Counted from the first letter of the stretch, positions 1 to 9,229 are shown. The stretch is DNA of 64,000 nucleotides from Deinococcales bacterium (GCA_013298595.1 JAAFIG010000002.1:78781-142780); one strand, 5' to 3'. Made by a program: numbers and translations. Notes: generated from the sequence alone by a model not told the origin.

Positions 1-2
1 AT

Positions 3-134
3 TGCGTGTTATTTGAATCTGACAACATCAAATGCTGGGGTTTAAATACTGCTGGTCAACTTGGGTATGGCAATACCAAAAACATTGGTGATAACGAAAC
101 GCCGTCGAGTGTTGGTATCGTACCACTGTTCTAA
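3..134 (+). CDS. RCC1-repeat protein, C-terminal fragment (gene begins upstream of window)
   Basis: Frame 3 reads [43 protein letters not shown]. About 80% DNA identity to the 3' end of the 402..2255 gene (2122-2255). Confidence 0.8.
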   Translation, partial: CVLFESDNIKCWGLNTAGQLGYGNTKNIGDNETPSSVGIVPLF

Positions 135-201
135 AATCTATTCTCTCGAGCTTATCAAACCATTCTTGCTCGAGAATATTTTTAATCACTTGAACTACTC
201 C

Positions 202-235
202 CCCTCGAGCCTTCAATCTCGAGGGCTTTCTTTTG
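202..235 (+). terminator. Rho-independent terminator built from two CTCGAG copies
   Basis: CCCTCGAG (202-209), loop CCTTCAAT, CTCGAGGG (218-225), then CTTTCTTTTG. Lies directly after the stop of the partial RCC1 gene. Confidence 0.7.
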
Positions 236-401
236 AACTACTCGAGGTCATATTCAAGCTTCAACCATGATGATTGCCGAAAGAGCAGCCGATTTTATTT
301 TAACAGGGCAGTAAATACGTTTCCTAAACACTGTATTTAGAAATGTAACAGCAACGTTACTGGGTCTCGAGTAGGGTGCTCGAGGAACAACGGAGGTACT
401 T

Positions 402-2255
402 ATGAAATTACTAAGTTTTTTGGTGCTGGTCGGATTAAGTTTTATGGTGGCGTGTGGTGAACCACCTAAACCACCTGAACCACTCACCGTGACTTTAACC
501 TCGAGTGAATTAAACCCAGCGTTTAACTCGAGTGTGACGTTTACAGCAACGGCAACACCCGCAGGTAAAATTGTGAAACTCGAGTTGCTAGAAGGTACAA
601 TTGTTAAAAAAACTGTGAATAATGCGGCGAACCTCGAGCAAAGTGTTGTCATGAATATTGCTGGTAAGCGTTCTTTTGTGGCTCGAGTGACCGATTCGGC
701 TGGGGTGGTGGTAAGCAGTGCAGTGGTTGAAGTGAATACCATAGCTCCGCCGTTACCAACCGTTACTTTAACCGCCAGCAACTTAAAACCAGTGCCAGGC
801 TCGGATGTGACGTTTACGGTACTAGCCACACCTGCTGGTGGCATTGTGAAGCTCGAATTACTAGAAGGAACAATTGTTACGAAAACAGTGTTTGGCGCAG
901 ATGGCTTCGAGCAAAACATTTTGATGGATGCAGAAGGCACGCGTTCTTTTACGGCTCGAGTGACCGATACGGCAGGAGTGATTGTAAATAGTGGCGTGGT
1001 TGAAGTGAATACTCAAAATGGAGCACCGGGATCAGGATCAGTAGCTCAAATGGCATTGGGTAGTCAACATACTTGTGCATTGCTAACCAGTGGTGATGTT
1101 CGTTGCTGGGGCAGAGGTATAGAAGGGCAACTTGGTTTGGGAAAAAAGCAAGTTATCGGGGATGTTAAAGCGATCACGAGCGTTCCACCAATTAGATTTC
1201 CAATTGGTTTTAAGGTCAAACAAATTGCTGCGGGTTCTAGTCATACTTGCGCTTTATCTGAAACAGGTAAAGTCATTTGTTGGGGAAGAAATGAATTTGG
1301 GCAACTTGGTTATGGCGACATCACAAACCGTGGTGACACACCAGAAACTACTCCCGATAAAATTGGTTTTGTTGGACTTCCACAAGTTCAAACAATTATT
1401 TCAGGAAATAATGCTTTGCATACTTGTGTTATTCTAGTTTCGAGAGCAGTTAAATGCTGGGGATTTAATAATACTGGTCAACTTGGCTTAGGAAATACGA
1501 ATACTATCGGTGATAGTCCAAATGAACTTGAGCAAACACCTGCCATTCAACTTGGTAATTCGCTGGTTAAGCAGATTGCTGTAGGATCTAATCATACTTG
1601 TGCTTTACTTAATGATAGTTCTTTACGCTGCTGGGGAAGCGATACGTTTGGGCAACTTGGGGATGGCGACAATGATGAAAATGCTTTTGGTGATGAGCTT
1701 GGAGAAATACCCAACACCAAAGCAGTGGCAATTGCTGATGCAGCCCAAATTGAGCTTGGAAATTCGCATACTTGCGTGCTTACCACAACAAAACAACTTC
1801 GCTGCTGGGGTAGTAATACTGTTGGTCAGCTTGGTTATGGAAATAAGATCGGCATTGGTGATGATGAGCTTCCTGTCACAGCAGGATTTGTGAATGTAGG
1901 TGCAGATGTTAAGCAACTTAGCGTGAACGGCGATTCCACTTGTGTTTTGCGCACGGATGATAAAATAAAATGCTGGGGGTTGAATAATGATGGTCAACTT
2001 GGTTATGGAAACCAGATCGACATTGGCGATAACGAACCCTTAACCGATGTTGGTACAGTTCAAGTCAATTCTGTTGCAATCCAAGGTAAAGTCACCAGAA
2101 TTTTTTCTGGTAAAAACCACAATTGTGTGTTATTTGAATCAGGTAACATCAAATGCTGGGGAGATAATAGTAGTGCGCAACTTGGGTACGGCAATACCAA
2201 TAACATTGGTGATAACGAATTCCCCTCGAGTGTCGGTATCGTCCCACTATTCTAA
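402..2255 (+). CDS. Secreted RCC1-repeat lipoprotein with two tandem Ig-like N-terminal domains
   Basis: GGAGG RBS before the ATG. Signal/lipobox LSFMVAC|G. Two ~85-aa tandem repeats (TVTLTSSELNPAFNSSVTFTATATPAGKIVKLELLEG... / TVTLTASNLKPVPGSDVTFTVLATPAGGIVKLELLEG...). These are followed by about 8 RCC1-type repeats (HTCAL...CWG.N..GQLG). Confidence 0.9.
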   Translation: MKLLSFLVLVGLSFMVACGEPPKPPEPLTVTLTSSELNPAFNSSVTFTATATPAGKIVKLELLEGTIVKKTVNNAANLEQSVVMNIAGKRSFVARVTDSAGVVVSSAVVEVNTIAPPLPTVTLTASNLKPVPGSDVTFTVLATPAGGIVKLELLEGTIVTKTVFGADGFEQNILMDAEGTRSFTARVTDTAGVIVNSGVVEVNTQNGAPGSGSVAQMALGSQHTCALLTSGDVRCWGRGIEGQLGLGKKQVIGDVKAITSVPPIRFPIGFKVKQIAAGSSHTCALSETGKVICWGRNEFGQLGYGDITNRGDTPETTPDKIGFVGLPQVQTIISGNNALHTCVILVSRAVKCWGFNNTGQLGLGNTNTIGDSPNELEQTPAIQLGNSLVKQIAVGSNHTCALLNDSSLRCWGSDTFGQLGDGDNDENAFGDELGEIPNTKAVAIADAAQIELGNSHTCVLTTTKQLRCWGSNTVGQLGYGNKIGIGDDELPVTAGFVNVGADVKQLSVNGDSTCVLRTDDKIKCWGLNNDGQLGYGNQIDIGDNEPLTDVGTVQVNSVAIQGKVTRIFSGKNHNCVLFESGNIKCWGDNSSAQLGYGNTNNIGDNEFPSSVGIVPLF

Positions 2256-2323
2256 AAAATCCTCTCGAGTTTTGCAGACCATTCTTGCTCGAGAACACTA
2301 TTTAATTCACTTGATCAACTCAC

Positions 2324-2356
2324 CCCTCGAGCCTTCAATCTCGAGGGTGGTCTTTT
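2324..2356 (+). terminator. Rho-independent terminator, paralogous copy of 202..235
   Basis: CCCTCGAG, loop CCTTCAAT, CTCGAGGG, then TGGTCTTTTGG, downstream of the stop at 2255. Confidence 0.7.
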
Positions 2357-2395
2357 GGATTACTCGAGGTCATTGCTTCGTGTGTCACGTTTGTA

Positions 2396-3151
2396 TCATT
2401 GCGAATGCCCCAAGCATTCTTGAGCCGCCTCGAGCGATTGCGCGAGCTTTGCGATCAACACATCTCGAGGTGGCAATTGCGTTAAGTATTCCGCCACATG
2501 AATTCTGCTTTTACCCAACTCGAGCAATTCGATTTGTTCTTGTTTTTTACCTGTGCAAAGAATTTTTAAGCCCAGATAATCCAGAATGTATGGGTCTTTG
2601 AACAGCATTTCAGGGGCAACCTGACCTGTTTGGTGTAATTGCTCAAGGTCATGCCGAATGGTTTGCTCGGGTTGTTGAGAGAGTGCGCTGCGTTCAAAAA
2701 GTTGTGAAGCAATACGTTCTTGCAATTGCCGTGATGACCAACGCTCGAGTTGTGCCATTTCTTGGTAAAAAGTTCGTTTTAAATCGTCTTTGATGTAAAT
2801 TAGCGTTTTGATTTTTGTCCAACTCAATGGTCTCCGCAGTGCAGAGACAATCTCGAGGTTCGTAAAAACCTTAGCAAATTGCAAACAATGACGCAGTTGT
2901 GCGACACTCCAACCACTGCCGAACTCGAGGCTTAAATCTGTTGCCAAGTGCTTCACAATTTGTTTGCCGTATTCGGCTCGAGAATGTTGCAGCACCTCTT
3001 GGTTTATTCGTGTGCCAATGTTCCAGTACAACAAACTGAGTTCGGCATTGACTGCCATGACCGTTTGATTTCGGGCTGTTTTGATCAAATGGTGCACATC
3101 GGTCAGTAACTCGAGTGGGGGTTGAAGTGCAGGGGTTTTTCGGGCGGGCAT
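2396..3151 (-). CDS. DUF1016/YhcG-family protein apparently lacking the PD-(D/E)XK nuclease core (possible gene remnant)
   Basis: The N-terminal two thirds match the YhcG/DUF1016 pattern (NAELSLLYWNIGTRINQEVL..RAEYGKQIV, KDPYILDYLGL, ELLELGK). It then jumps to the C-terminal tail motif (RIHVAEYLTQLPPRDVL). The ~95 aa that carry the nuclease core in full-length homologues are absent. Start taken at MPARK; the longer ORF start at 3223 runs into a terminator-like repeat. Confidence 0.6.
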   Translation of the reverse strand: MPARKTPALQPPLELLTDVHHLIKTARNQTVMAVNAELSLLYWNIGTRINQEVLQHSRAEYGKQIVKHLATDLSLEFGSGWSVAQLRHCLQFAKVFTNLEIVSALRRPLSWTKIKTLIYIKDDLKRTFYQEMAQLERWSSRQLQERIASQLFERSALSQQPEQTIRHDLEQLHQTGQVAPEMLFKDPYILDYLGLKILCTGKKQEQIELLELGKSRIHVAEYLTQLPPRDVLIAKLAQSLEAAQECLGHSQ

Positions 3152-3180
3152 GGTGAAGCGTTTAGCAAGTTTGTGGGTAA

Positions 3181-3214
3181 CCCTCCAGCCTTCAATCTCG
3201 AGGGTGATTTTTTG
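3181..3214 (+). repeat. Third, degenerate copy of the CCCTCGAG-CCTTCAAT-CTCGAGGG hairpin module
   Basis: CCCTCCAG, CCTTCAAT, CTCGAGGG, TGATTTTTTG. The left arm carries one mutation. It is flanked by GGCTCGAGTAGTTCAA, the reverse complement of the TTGAACTACTCGAG flank of copy 1. Confidence 0.6.
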
Positions 3215-3353
3215 TGCAAACAACTAGGCTCGAGTAGTTCAAGAATTTATTTGTAACGCACTTACTTGAATATCTCGAGATTGGTCACACGTGCCACCAT
3301 ACAGGTGTACGTCTATGGTCTCTTGAGCAACCCCTGTGCACTAATATCAAGTT

Positions 3354-3382
3354 AAAACCCCTCGAGTGAGGGGCTTGTTTTG
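3354..3382 (-). terminator. Bidirectional stem-loop terminator downstream of the peroxidase gene
   Basis: AAAA CCCCTC GAGT GAGGGG CTTGTTTTG. A 6-bp GC stem with a U-run on either strand, 16 nt after the stop at 3398. Confidence 0.65.
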
Positions 3383-3397
3383 CTTATGAGCTATTGA

Positions 3398-5800
3398 TTA
3401 CTTTTGGGTTGGGCAAATATCAAAGCCTCTTGGTACAGGTAATTCTTTGGTATTGGCATCTATGGATAAAATAAAATTAATTAAATCTTGGCGTTGTTTA
3501 GCTGCACTCGAGCCTGTTAAGAAAACAGGGTTGGCGGCTCTGGTGTGGTCTTCCCATTTTGGATTGGTCAGTAAGTCCTCTAAACTCTTGGCTTGACCAT
3601 GATGTAAGTAGGGTGCGCCTAAGCTCATGCCGTACAAACTTGGTACGTTGTAGCCACCTCGTCCTTGTGCCCTTGTACCATCGGGTTTTTTCTCGAGGGC
3701 ATCCGTATTTTCTTTACCGCCTGGTACGCCAAAAGTGCCAACGTTGCGAATCACGCAAGCCACTTGCTTCCGTCCAATTGGGTTGGGTTCGGCGGGTCCA
3801 GTGCTGGTGTCGGTGATAATGGGCTGGTTTTGAATCCAGAAACCACCAAAGTTCCAAGTTGGTGCAAACGGCGGAACTGGAACGTTAAGAACAGCTTTGT
3901 TCAGTGCGGCATTGGTTTCTGTGCTTGGTGTGAATGACAACCTCGAGACTGTCCAACCTGCTCCGCCATGACAGGCGACACAACCACCATTGTTTTGACC
4001 TGCAACTGGCATGCCAAATAATTGCATTCCTCTGGCGACGCTTTGTGAGTCTAAGAATTTCGCAGCCTTTGGTGGGCGAATACTTTTGGCATAGGCTTCG
4101 ATTTCATCCCAGTCTTTGGTGCAACTTGGTTTGGCTTCGTTTTGGGTTTCTCGGACGGGTTTATCGAGGTTGCCGCCAAGCTCTAAACGGCGTTCTTCGT
4201 TCAGGTCGCCGCAGCCATCGGTGGTGATTGCGCCCAAGCCGCCCGAAACATCCCTGGTGTTGCGTTCAAAATCATGGATTTCGTCAAAAACGGCAGTCCA
4301 GTTTAAAATGCGTTGTTTTTGTTCGCCTTGACCGTGACTGAACGTGCCGTCCATGCTGGTGGTTTGGCGTGGTCCTTCCCCAAATGTCCAAGTGATATTG
4401 TCGGACAAGCCATCTGGGTGGCAACTACCGCAACTGCTCCAGCTTTCTTTGCTCCAACGTCCGCGTCCGGTAAAGAAAAAGCGTTTGCCTTTGTTGATGG
4501 CTAAGGCTTCGCCTGTTGGGGCTTCAGCGCTTGGTAGCGTGGCAATAACTTGTTGTACCGATAAATCAATTTCGGCAATGTTACGGCTGACCCAGCAATT
4601 GACATAAGCCCTTGGTCCGTCATGAGCGGTCACAATACCAGTCGGATTCTGACAGGGTTTGTTACCATTTTTGGCTGTGCCAACATCTATTTGTTTATTA
4701 AAACTCGAGCCAATACTGATGCCTTTGGTTTCATCAAAAACGATGCGTTGCACAACATCTGCACCTTTGGAAACCGTGTAGGCAATGTTGGAACTGCCTG
4801 CAAATGCAATGTCGGATAAATCGGCTAGGAAATGCCGTGGTTGCCCCGCAGGTATGGCTTCGGCAACTTTTTTAGCTAAATTCACTGTACCTGCATTACC
4901 CAAGTCTTCTTTTCGGGTCTCGAGGTCACCAACATAAACCACGGGTTGGACATTGCCATTGAATTTCGGTGGTCCTTTGGGTGATGCTGAAATCGAGGTC
5001 ACAAAAACTTTTTGCCCTTGAATGGCAGCCGCATAAAATTGATTTGGACTGGTTTTAACCGTCCCCGCGTTTGTGCCGTCGGGAACAAAACCGCTGTCCA
5101 ATGGCGCAAAGCGAATCCCTTGGGTCGCTGTGTAATCCGAGACTTTATAGACCCGTACCAAACCTGTGCGAAGCTCATCGCTGGCTTCGGCACCTGGTCC
5201 TGGTAATCCGTAAAATTCTGGGGTTAGCACAAATTCGTCGTTGTCATCCGAGTCGCCATCATTGGTTACGGCAAGACTGCGTACATTACTGACCGCATCT
5301 ATACTGCCAATAATTTTCATGGTTGCGGTGTCAATCACCGAAACCCGCCCTTCGGCAAATTCGGCAACAAATAATTTAGCACCCGTTGGTGATAAAGCCA
5401 ATCCTGTGGGTTCTGAACCCACTTCGAGCGGCTGTGAAACCCGAGGTGATGCACTGGTTAAACTGGTTACTTTGACTACAGTGCCATCGGCGCGGTTGGC
5501 AACAAAGGCGGTTCGTCCGTCTGGGTGAATGACCACACTGGAAGGTTCGGCTCCTGTTTTGACGGTGCTGCGTTTGGCTAGGGGTTCAGCGTCGAAGACA
5601 CTAATCGAATCGTTTTCTTGGTTGACCATCACAACAAATTGGTCATCGTTAGAAATGGCTATCGTACCAGATTTAGAAGCTCGCTCGAGAATCGGAGCAC
5701 TTTGTGCAGCGGCACTGAGTAAATTGGGTTTAGTCACCATGACTGTGCCAAAAATGACACCTAGTCCGAGTAATCCAATTAACGTGGTTGGTTTGAACAT
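3398..5800 (-). CDS. Secreted beta-propeller (YVTN/lactonase-type) fused to a di-haem cytochrome c peroxidase-like domain
   Basis: GGAGG RBS 8 nt before ATG (MFKPTTLIGLLGLG signal). The N-terminal half has repeated propeller blades (..DGRTAFVANR.DGTV.., ..GAKLFVAEF.EGRVSVID..). The C-terminal half has two CxxCH haem motifs (CGSCH, CVACH). Confidence 0.8.
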   Translation of the reverse strand: MFKPTTLIGLLGLGVIFGTVMVTKPNLLSAAAQSAPILERASKSGTIAISNDDQFVVMVNQENDSISVFDAEPLAKRSTVKTGAEPSSVVIHPDGRTAFVANRADGTVVKVTSLTSASPRVSQPLEVGSEPTGLALSPTGAKLFVAEFAEGRVSVIDTATMKIIGSIDAVSNVRSLAVTNDGDSDDNDEFVLTPEFYGLPGPGAEASDELRTGLVRVYKVSDYTATQGIRFAPLDSGFVPDGTNAGTVKTSPNQFYAAAIQGQKVFVTSISASPKGPPKFNGNVQPVVYVGDLETRKEDLGNAGTVNLAKKVAEAIPAGQPRHFLADLSDIAFAGSSNIAYTVSKGADVVQRIVFDETKGISIGSSFNKQIDVGTAKNGNKPCQNPTGIVTAHDGPRAYVNCWVSRNIAEIDLSVQQVIATLPSAEAPTGEALAINKGKRFFFTGRGRWSKESWSSCGSCHPDGLSDNITWTFGEGPRQTTSMDGTFSHGQGEQKQRILNWTAVFDEIHDFERNTRDVSGGLGAITTDGCGDLNEERRLELGGNLDKPVRETQNEAKPSCTKDWDEIEAYAKSIRPPKAAKFLDSQSVARGMQLFGMPVAGQNNGGCVACHGGAGWTVSRLSFTPSTETNAALNKAVLNVPVPPFAPTWNFGGFWIQNQPIITDTSTGPAEPNPIGRKQVACVIRNVGTFGVPGGKENTDALEKKPDGTRAQGRGGYNVPSLYGMSLGAPYLHHGQAKSLEDLLTNPKWEDHTRAANPVFLTGSSAAKQRQDLINFILSIDANTKELPVPRGFDICPTQK

Positions 5801-6064
5801 GTGTTTCACCTCCAAATTTTTTTGTACAACACTACATTGCGTAGCGAAAAAAGAGCTGCCTGAAATATTTCAGAGCGATGACACTCGAGAAGAAAAGCAT
5901 AGGAGGCATGACCTCTGTTGTGTCATCGTCTGTCTGAGGAGGCATACTCGATGAGGGTTAAGTAAAAGAGTACATGATGGCTAATGGTGTTAAAGAATAA
6001 TTCGGTGGAGGACTTATCTAAGATTTCCCATTAGCCATCAAAAAAAAGAAGTACTCGAAGATGT

Positions 6065-6499
6065 TTAAATAATGTCACCACAAACAATGCCCGCGCCTGC
6101 ACCTTCGGCAGCGCCTGTGCCACGCTGATGATGTTGCACATAGGCACTGGCAGGGATTTTTGTGGTATCTACAATGGTTTCGGCACTGGCTTTACCAGTG
6201 GCATCGGCAATCAATTCGTTGAGTAGAATCGCTACAGGTCCAGCCGCACTACATTTACCATTATGAATATGACCAATATGCTTGGTATTTGGTGTTAAAC
6301 CCGTAACTGTCACAACCATTTTGGTTTTACCATCGGCAAGTAAAAATAATTCTGCTTGCCCTTTGGCAGTACTGCTCGAGCCATCAGCAAATAATCCCAA
6401 CGGACTTAATGTCATAACTCGACCATTGCCAATGGTATTGGTGGCTGGTGCACACGAAACCATTGCTAAAGCAATCAATCCAAAACCTATTAACTTCAT
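6065..6499 (-). CDS. Small lipoprotein, weak Cu/Zn-superoxide-dismutase-like features
   Basis: AGGAG RBS. Lipobox LAMVSC. HIGHIHNGKC and a C-terminal GAGIVCGDII recall the SodC His cluster and C-terminal ACG.I. The assignment is tentative. Confidence 0.5.
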   Translation of the reverse strand: MKLIGFGLIALAMVSCAPATNTIGNGRVMTLSPLGLFADGSSSTAKGQAELFLLADGKTKMVVTVTGLTPNTKHIGHIHNGKCSAAGPVAILLNELIADATGKASAETIVDTTKIPASAYVQHHQRGTGAAEGAGAGIVCGDII

Positions 6500-6582
6500 A
6501 AGTATCTCCTAGAAAACCAATGTGAGAAACGAAAACCGAGTAGCGTGTCTGAAAAAATCGTTTCCTTTCCGAAGACTAAAAT

Positions 6583-6813
6583 TTAGTCAAGTTGTGCAGG
6601 TAATTGCATTGTTTCCCAATACTGCATTCGTATAAAAAATCGGGCGAGTTCTTCTAGGCTCGAGAATCGTTCACGAATAATTCCTGGCATGACTTGGACA
6701 GCAGCTTGAAAGCCATTGATTGAATCGTTGGTGACGGTTACCAGAATGGTTAATTTTTTAACAGGATCTGTTTCTGGTGGTTGTGTGGCTGTCTGAGTAC
6801 TGGTTTGCAACAT
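6583..6813 (-). CDS. Hypothetical small protein (76 aa)
   Basis: Internal ATG preceded by GAGGAGAAAAA. No recognisable motifs. The longer 107-aa ORF-track version has no RBS. Confidence 0.4.
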   Translation of the reverse strand: MLQTSTQTATQPPETDPVKKLTILVTVTNDSINGFQAAVQVMPGIIRERFSSLEELARFFIRMQYWETMQLPAQLD

Positions 6814-7209
6814 TTTTTCTCCTCTCGAACTGTTGGGAGGTATGTTGCAATATGGCTGGTAACGTTGCTGTAACGAATAAAATTTAAGTCGTTGGCAACA
6901 ATACAAATGCGTATTTGTAAAAATGCGTGTTACAAAACCCCAGACTTTTATGAGAACACGGATGCCACAAACGTTACATAGAAAGCACAGGTTGTACTGC
7001 TATTTTTTTGCCCTACCAAGCGGAACTAAGTTGTCATGTACAATAAAAAACAATTTTAGCAACCTTCGTTTGAGCGCAAAATCAGGTCTTTGATTTAGGC
7101 TAAAAAGTTTTGTTATGCCCACGTTACTGGCTGCAAAGCAGAATGCGTTTCGATGTCTGGTTACGTGGCTCGAGTTGGAACAACGCTTAGTCAGTACAAA
7201 GGAGAAAGT

Positions 7210-8940
7210 ATGAAACAACTCAATTGGTTTATTTGTTTAACCCTGTGCATCAGTGTCCTAGTCGCCTGCGGTTCACCCACAGCCACCATTACAGGGGTCA
7301 GTATTACCGCTTCACCCAGCGCTCAACCACTGGATGCTGGTGGAACAGTCACCTTAAACGCCATTGTTACAGGAACAGGAGCATTTAACACCGCTGTCAC
7401 TTGGAGCGTAGTCAGTGGTGCGGGAACATTATCGGAAATCACAACCTCGAGTGCGATTTTAACCGCACCAAATTTAGGGGTTGATTCGGTGGTGCAAATT
7501 CGGGCGGTCAGTCTGCAAGACTCGAGTAAAACCAAGGATGTAACATTTAGGGTTAATAAGGGTGCAACTGTTTCGGATGTCACCATTGCTGCTTCGCTGG
7601 TGGCTTTGCGTGAGGGAAGCACCAGTGAAATACAAGCCACTGTTCTTGGAACGGGTGCGTTCAGTTCAGAAGTAAACTGGACTCTTGAACCAAGTGGGTT
7701 TGGGACGCTCTCGAGTTCGACTGGTGCTAATGTCACGTACACTGCTCCAGCCATAAGTTTTGGTCGGGTGGTGCAAATTACTGCCAGCAGTGTCGAAGAC
7801 TCGAGTAAGCGTAAATCCATTTTTCTCAGTGTCAATGCAGTCAAAGCCAGTATTGCAGCGGGTAGCTTTCATTCATTGGCTTTAAAAACCGATAGAACAA
7901 TTCTCAGTTGGGGAAGTGATACCAATGGGCAACTTGGCGATGGCGGTTCAAGCACCGATCAATTCTTACCAGTGAGCGTTGCAAATGCCACAAACATTGT
8001 TGCAATAGCGGCTGGTGATTCACATTCATTGGCTTTGAAATTTGATGGCACAATTCTCAGTTGGGGAAATGATTTTAAAGGTCAACTTGGTGATGGTGGT
8101 TCAAACACCAATCAATCAGCACCTGTTCCCGTTACTGGGGCTAAGAATATTGTGGCAATAGCGGCTAGTGAATCCAATTCACTGGCACTAAAAGAAGATG
8201 GCACCATACTGGCTTGGGGAAGCGATGCGTTTAATCAACTTGGTAATGGCGCTGTAAATGAAACTAAATCTGTACCAGTTCCTGTTTTGAATGCCATAAA
8301 CATTGTTGCAATTGCGGCTGGTAGAAGACACGCCTTGGCTTTGCAAGCTGATGGAAGGCTCCTCAGTTGGGGTTCGGATGAGGATGGGCAACTGGGTGAT
8401 GGTGGTACAAATTCCGATAAAGACGCGCCTACGTTTATACCCAATGTCAATAACATCATCGCAATTGCGGCTGGAGAAGACTTCTCTTTGGCACTCAAAG
8501 CCGACGGAACAATGCTCAGTTGGGGAAGCGATGAGTTTGGTCAACTTGGTGACAGTGCCGAATTGAGCGATAAAGTCGCACCTGTAGTGGTGGCTGGTGT
8601 CACAAATATTATTGGAATAGCAGCGGGTCTGAATTATGCTCTTGCTCTAAAAGCAGATGGCACACTCATCAGTTGGGGTTCGGATGAGGGTGGTAAACTT
8701 GGTAATCCGAACAGTAGCGATAACCAGCCAACTTTTGTGCCAGCACTTATTGCAACAAATATTGTTGCAATAAGTGCTGGTGCATTCCATTCACTGGCTC
8801 TTAAATCTGATGGAACAATGCTGAGTTGGGGAAATTTTTTCTTTGGGCAACTGGGACAGGATACTAATTCGCCAACTTTCAATCCTAATGTACCTAGCCC
8901 CGTTGCTCTTGGTCAATTCAATAAAATCCGTGTTCCATAA
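7210..8940 (+). CDS. RCC1-repeat lipoprotein with two Big_2-like Ig domains
   Basis: GGAGAA RBS. MKQLNWFICLTLCISVLVAC|G lipobox. Two Ig-like repeats (ITASPSAQPLDAGGTVTLNAIVTGTGAFNTAVTWSV / IAASLVALREGSTSEIQATVLGTGAFSSEVNWTL). Then about 7 RCC1 repeats (HSLALK.DGT.LSWG....GQLGDG). Confidence 0.9.
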   Translation: MKQLNWFICLTLCISVLVACGSPTATITGVSITASPSAQPLDAGGTVTLNAIVTGTGAFNTAVTWSVVSGAGTLSEITTSSAILTAPNLGVDSVVQIRAVSLQDSSKTKDVTFRVNKGATVSDVTIAASLVALREGSTSEIQATVLGTGAFSSEVNWTLEPSGFGTLSSSTGANVTYTAPAISFGRVVQITASSVEDSSKRKSIFLSVNAVKASIAAGSFHSLALKTDRTILSWGSDTNGQLGDGGSSTDQFLPVSVANATNIVAIAAGDSHSLALKFDGTILSWGNDFKGQLGDGGSNTNQSAPVPVTGAKNIVAIAASESNSLALKEDGTILAWGSDAFNQLGNGAVNETKSVPVPVLNAINIVAIAAGRRHALALQADGRLLSWGSDEDGQLGDGGTNSDKDAPTFIPNVNNIIAIAAGEDFSLALKADGTMLSWGSDEFGQLGDSAELSDKVAPVVVAGVTNIIGIAAGLNYALALKADGTLISWGSDEGGKLGNPNSSDNQPTFVPALIATNIVAISAGAFHSLALKSDGTMLSWGNFFFGQLGQDTNSPTFNPNVPSPVALGQFNKIRVP

Positions 8941-9079
8941 ACCACCCGCTCGAGATCAGAAAGTCTTGTCTCGAGCCACACTTTTTGTTCTGCTCACGTT
9001 ACCTACTGTATGCAAAACGCTTGTTGCAGCACCATAAACCTCCCATTGAACTTGCTGCACCCATTAAGGAGCAAACCCC

Positions 9080-9229
9080 ATGAATACCATCCATTGTTAT
9101 CAAAACTTCCATCTGGCTGCTTGTGGTCTGATGGCTGTGCAAATCGTATCAAATATCGGTTTAGCCAAGGATTGTTTTGCACCACCCAAGCCAACACTAC
9201 TTATTGCAACAGGATTGTTACGCAAATGA
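9080..9229 (+). CDS. Possible 49-aa leader ORF translationally coupled to the next RCC1 gene
   Basis: TAAGGAG RBS 8 nt upstream of the ATG at 9080. Peptide MNTIHCYQNFHLAACGLMAVQIVSNIGLAKDCFAPPKPTLLIATGLLRK. Its TGA overlaps the ATG of the 9226 gene (AAATGA). Below the ORF-track size cutoff. Confidence 0.25.
   Translation: MNTIHCYQNFHLAACGLMAVQIVSNIGLAKDCFAPPKPTLLIATGLLRK

Noticed and set aside
254-940. 228-aa minus-strand ORF
   Set aside because: It is fully antisense to the Ig-repeat part of the 402..2255 RCC1 gene, and its internal repetition simply mirrors the sense-strand tandem domains. It has no RBS or motifs and is a shadow ORF.
5975-6040. 13-bp perfect inverted repeat (TGATGGCTAATGG ... 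CCATTAGCCATCA) downstream of the 6065 lipoprotein gene, considered as its terminator
   Set aside because: The loop is about 40 nt. On the minus (coding) strand the U-run precedes rather than follows the hairpin, so it does not fit an intrinsic terminator. Its function is unknown.
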